Notes under the pieces: model-generated | Told to the model about the DNA's origin: nothing | Seen by the model: the letters and a program-made list of their open reading frames with translations, nothing else | Databases searched by the model: none | Origin: an uncultured bacterium | Lineage (GTDB): Bacteria > Krumholzibacteriota > Krumholzibacteriia > LZORAL124-64-63 | Direction: 5' to 3' | Assembly: GCA_963732385.1 (NCBI GenBank) | Contig: CAVSZB010000003.1 | Location: 32,001 to 96,000, forward strand | DNA: 64,000 nt | Position numbers and translations under genes: made by a program | Shown: piece after piece, positions 61,479 to 64,000 of the stretch | Layout: each line of letters opens with the position of its first letter | Numbering within the stretch: position 1 is the stretch's first letter

Positions 61479-62441
61479 ATGGCGGATCAGAAGCACGGCG
61501 ATGGCGGCGAGCAGCAGGCCCCCATCATCGTCATCAAGAAGGGCGGTCACGGCGGGCACCACGGCGGCGCCTGGAAAGTGGCCTACGCCGATCTGGTGAC
61601 GTCGATGATGTCGCTGTTCATCGTGCTCTGGCTCACCTCTCAGAAACAGGAGGTCAAGGAAGCGGTCGCCGGCTACTTCCGCGACCCCGGCGCCTTCAAC
61701 AAGGCCGCCCACGGCGGCGTGCTCGACGGCGCCTCGATCCTGCCGGAGCAGGGGGGCGGCTCGGGTCCGAACGGAGCGCAGCCCACTCCGGAGCAGGTGC
61801 GCGAGGCGCAGGAGAAGATTCTCGAATCGACCGCCGAGAAGGTGCGCGAAAGTCTCGCCGGCATGCCGGACTTCAAGCAGCTCGAGGGACAGATCGAAAT
61901 CAAGATGACCGAGGTGGGCCTGAACATCCAGCTCGTGGAGAAATCGAACTCCCTCTTCTTCGACGTCGGCAGCCAGAACCTCAGCGCCAGCGCGCGCGAG
62001 GTCATGAGCGTGCTTGCCACCCGCCTGGGCGAACTGCCGAACAAGCTGGCGATCGAGGGGCACACCGACAGCCGTCCCTACCCCGCCGGCGCGGCCTACA
62101 CGAACTGGGAGCTTTCCGCCGATCGCGCCAACAGCGCCCGCCGCTTCATGCTTGAGCACGGGCTGCGCCCCGGCCAGGTGGCCGAGGTGCGCGGCTTCGC
62201 CGACACGCGTCCCCGCAATCCCGCCGACGCCACCGACGTCCAGAACCGACGCATCAGCATCACCGTGCTGTACGACGAGGCGGCGCAGAAGGCGGCAGTG
62301 GCCGCGGCGACGATGACCATCGGCGAGGGAGCGGCCACGTTCGTCGTGCGGGACGGAGGCGGGGCCATGTCCCACGATGCCGCGTCCGGCGGCGGGCGCG
62401 AGGCCCTCGAGTCATCGTCCGCGCACGGGACCGGTCGCTGA
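61479..62441 (+). CDS. motB: Flagellar-type motor stator protein MotB (OmpA-like peptidoglycan-binding domain)
   Basis: HHGGAWKVAYADLVTSMMSLFIVLW (conserved Asp), IEGHTD, NWELSADRANSAR, NRRISI. Confidence 0.96.
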   Translation: MADQKHGDGGEQQAPIIVIKKGGHGGHHGGAWKVAYADLVTSMMSLFIVLWLTSQKQEVKEAVAGYFRDPGAFNKAAHGGVLDGASILPEQGGGSGPNGAQPTPEQVREAQEKILESTAEKVRESLAGMPDFKQLEGQIEIKMTEVGLNIQLVEKSNSLFFDVGSQNLSASAREVMSVLATRLGELPNKLAIEGHTDSRPYPAGAAYTNWELSADRANSARRFMLEHGLRPGQVAEVRGFADTRPRNPADATDVQNRRISITVLYDEAAQKAAVAAATMTIGEGAATFVVRDGGGAMSHDAASGGGREALESSSAHGTGR

Positions 62442-62454
62442 GCCGGTTCGCGGC

Positions 62455-63918
62455 CTACGTCCGTCTCGGCAGACGGCGCCACACCTGGTACACCGGCACT
62501 CCGAGCGCGACGATGATCAGTCCGGGCCAGGTGTACTTCGGCTTGACGATCAGCAGGTCGACGCAGATCGCGAAGGCGATGATCACGTAGAGCGCCGGCA
62601 GGATCGGGTAGCCGGGGGCGCGGTACGGACGCTCCGCGTCCGGCAGGCGGCGGCGCAGGATGAAGATCCCCACCACGCTCAGCGCGTAGAAGATCAGCAC
62701 CGAAAAGATCACGTAGTCGAGCAGGTCGCCGTACTTGCCGGTCAGGCAGAGCGCGCACGACCAGATCCCCTGCAACACGAGCGCCGTGGCCGGCACGTGG
62801 TGGCGGTTCAGCGTGCCGGTGCCCCGGAAGAAGAGGCCGTCGCGCGCCATCGCGTAGTAGACGCGCGCGCCGGTGAGGATCATGCCGTTGTTGCAGCCGA
62901 AGGTGCTGATCATGATGCAGACCGCCATCACGACGGCGGCCGCGGCGCCTAGGATGGTCGAGGCGGCGGCGGTGCCGACCCGGTCGTCGGTGGCGAACTG
63001 GATGCCGCGGCCGACCGCGTCGGCTGCCCGCGGGTCGCCGGCGATCGGCAGGGCCAGGATGTAAGCCAGGTTCGCCAGCATGTAGAGCACGACCACGACC
63101 GCCACTCCGAGCACCAGCGCCCGGGTGATCGTGCGCCGCGGATCGACCGTCTCTCCGGCGGTGAAGGTGACGTTGTTCCAGGCGTCGCACGCGAAGAGCG
63201 AGCCGACCGACGCGGCGCCGATCGCCATCAGCAGGCCCATCCCCGACAGCGTCTCGCGCACGACCGCCCCGTCCGCGCCGACCACGGCGCGACTGGCGGC
63301 CCAGAAATCGTGGAAGTTCGTGGCCAGCGCCGCGGGGTTGCGCCCGAGAGTCAGCCCCAGCGCCACCAGCCCGAGCAGCGCCGCGGCCTTGATGACCGTG
63401 AACCCGTCCTGCACGAATTTGCCCTCGCGCAGCCCGAGTGTGTTGAGCCAGGTCAGCAGCGCGATGCTGGCGATCGCGAGCAGTTGTGCGGCGTTGACGT
63501 GCAGGGCGCCGAGCGAGAAGACGACGTTCTGCTCGCCGAGCGCCGGCACCAGCACGGCGGTGTACTTGGCGAACGCCATGCCGACGGCGGCGATCGAGCC
63601 GGTCTGGATCACCATGAAGAGCGTCCAGCCGTAGAGGAAACCCACCAGCGGTCCGAAGATCTCGCGCAGATAGACATACTGGCCGCCGGCCTGCGGCATC
63701 ATCGCCGACAACTCGCCGTAGCAGGCGGCCGCCAGCAGCGTGACCAGACCACTGAACAGCCAGACCGCCAGCAGCCAGCCGGCCGAGCCGACCGTGCGCG
63801 CGATGTCGCTGCTGACGATGAAGATGCCCGACCCGATCATCACCCCCATGACGATCATGGTGGCGTCGAACAGCCGGATCTCGCGGCGGAACTCGCGCTC
63901 GTGGCCGGATGAGGTCAT
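62455..63918 (-). CDS. APC-family amino acid permease
   Basis: GVMIGSGIF, YGELSAMMPQAGGQYVYL, ARVYYAMARDGLFF, RPYRAPGYP. Confidence 0.95.
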   Translation of the reverse strand: MTSSGHEREFRREIRLFDATMIVMGVMIGSGIFIVSSDIARTVGSAGWLLAVWLFSGLVTLLAAACYGELSAMMPQAGGQYVYLREIFGPLVGFLYGWTLFMVIQTGSIAAVGMAFAKYTAVLVPALGEQNVVFSLGALHVNAAQLLAIASIALLTWLNTLGLREGKFVQDGFTVIKAAALLGLVALGLTLGRNPAALATNFHDFWAASRAVVGADGAVVRETLSGMGLLMAIGAASVGSLFACDAWNNVTFTAGETVDPRRTITRALVLGVAVVVVLYMLANLAYILALPIAGDPRAADAVGRGIQFATDDRVGTAAASTILGAAAAVVMAVCIMISTFGCNNGMILTGARVYYAMARDGLFFRGTGTLNRHHVPATALVLQGIWSCALCLTGKYGDLLDYVIFSVLIFYALSVVGIFILRRRLPDAERPYRAPGYPILPALYVIIAFAICVDLLIVKPKYTWPGLIIVALGVPVYQVWRRLPRRT

Positions 63919-64000
63919 GCCGGGCTCCTTGTAATGGTGCGCCGGAACCGGCCGGCCGTCCCCCCCGTGGGCCGGCCGGAAGCGACGCGGGCGGCCACCG

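Noticed and set aside
60566..62441. Zorya (ZorAB) anti-phage system
   Set aside because: MotA lacks the long ZorA tail, both proteins have flagellar-stator motifs, and no zorC/D/E genes are adjacent.

Overview
High-GC bacterial chromosome segment spanning the replication origin. The left part is the conserved origin block: mnmE(partial)-jag-yidC-yidD-rnpA-rpmH on the minus strand, then dnaA-dnaN-recF-dciA-gyrB-gyrA on the plus strand. DnaA boxes lie on both sides of dnaA, and a clear tandem-box/GC-spacer/DnaA-trio unwinding module sits upstream of dnaN. Next come an AraC regulator, a GT2 glycosyltransferase, an ABC-F/hflX/MFS operon and a sigma54-preceded type IV minor pilin-PilY1 operon, followed by housekeeping genes. 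An OPT peptide transporter precedes a visibly lower-GC patch that begins with a decayed integron-integrase remnant. Three peptidases and a stand-alone two-cysteine DsrC follow. The most striking locus is a tandem ~2.14 kb direct repeat. It gives two large secreted proteins nearly the same ~670-aa cohesin/dockerin-like + FlgD-Ig C-terminal chassis but unrelated N-terminal heads, next to a small cohesin-FlgD-Ig protein. The right end holds DUF885-bfr, mutM, djlA, a nitroreductase-PIMT fusion, an orphan motAB pair and an APC permease. The FlgD-Ig-type C-terminal domains suggest an FCB-group candidate lineage such as Krumholzibacteriota/Latescibacterota (inference). No rRNA, tRNA or CRISPR array was seen. 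All family calls come from motif recognition by eye, not database searches.
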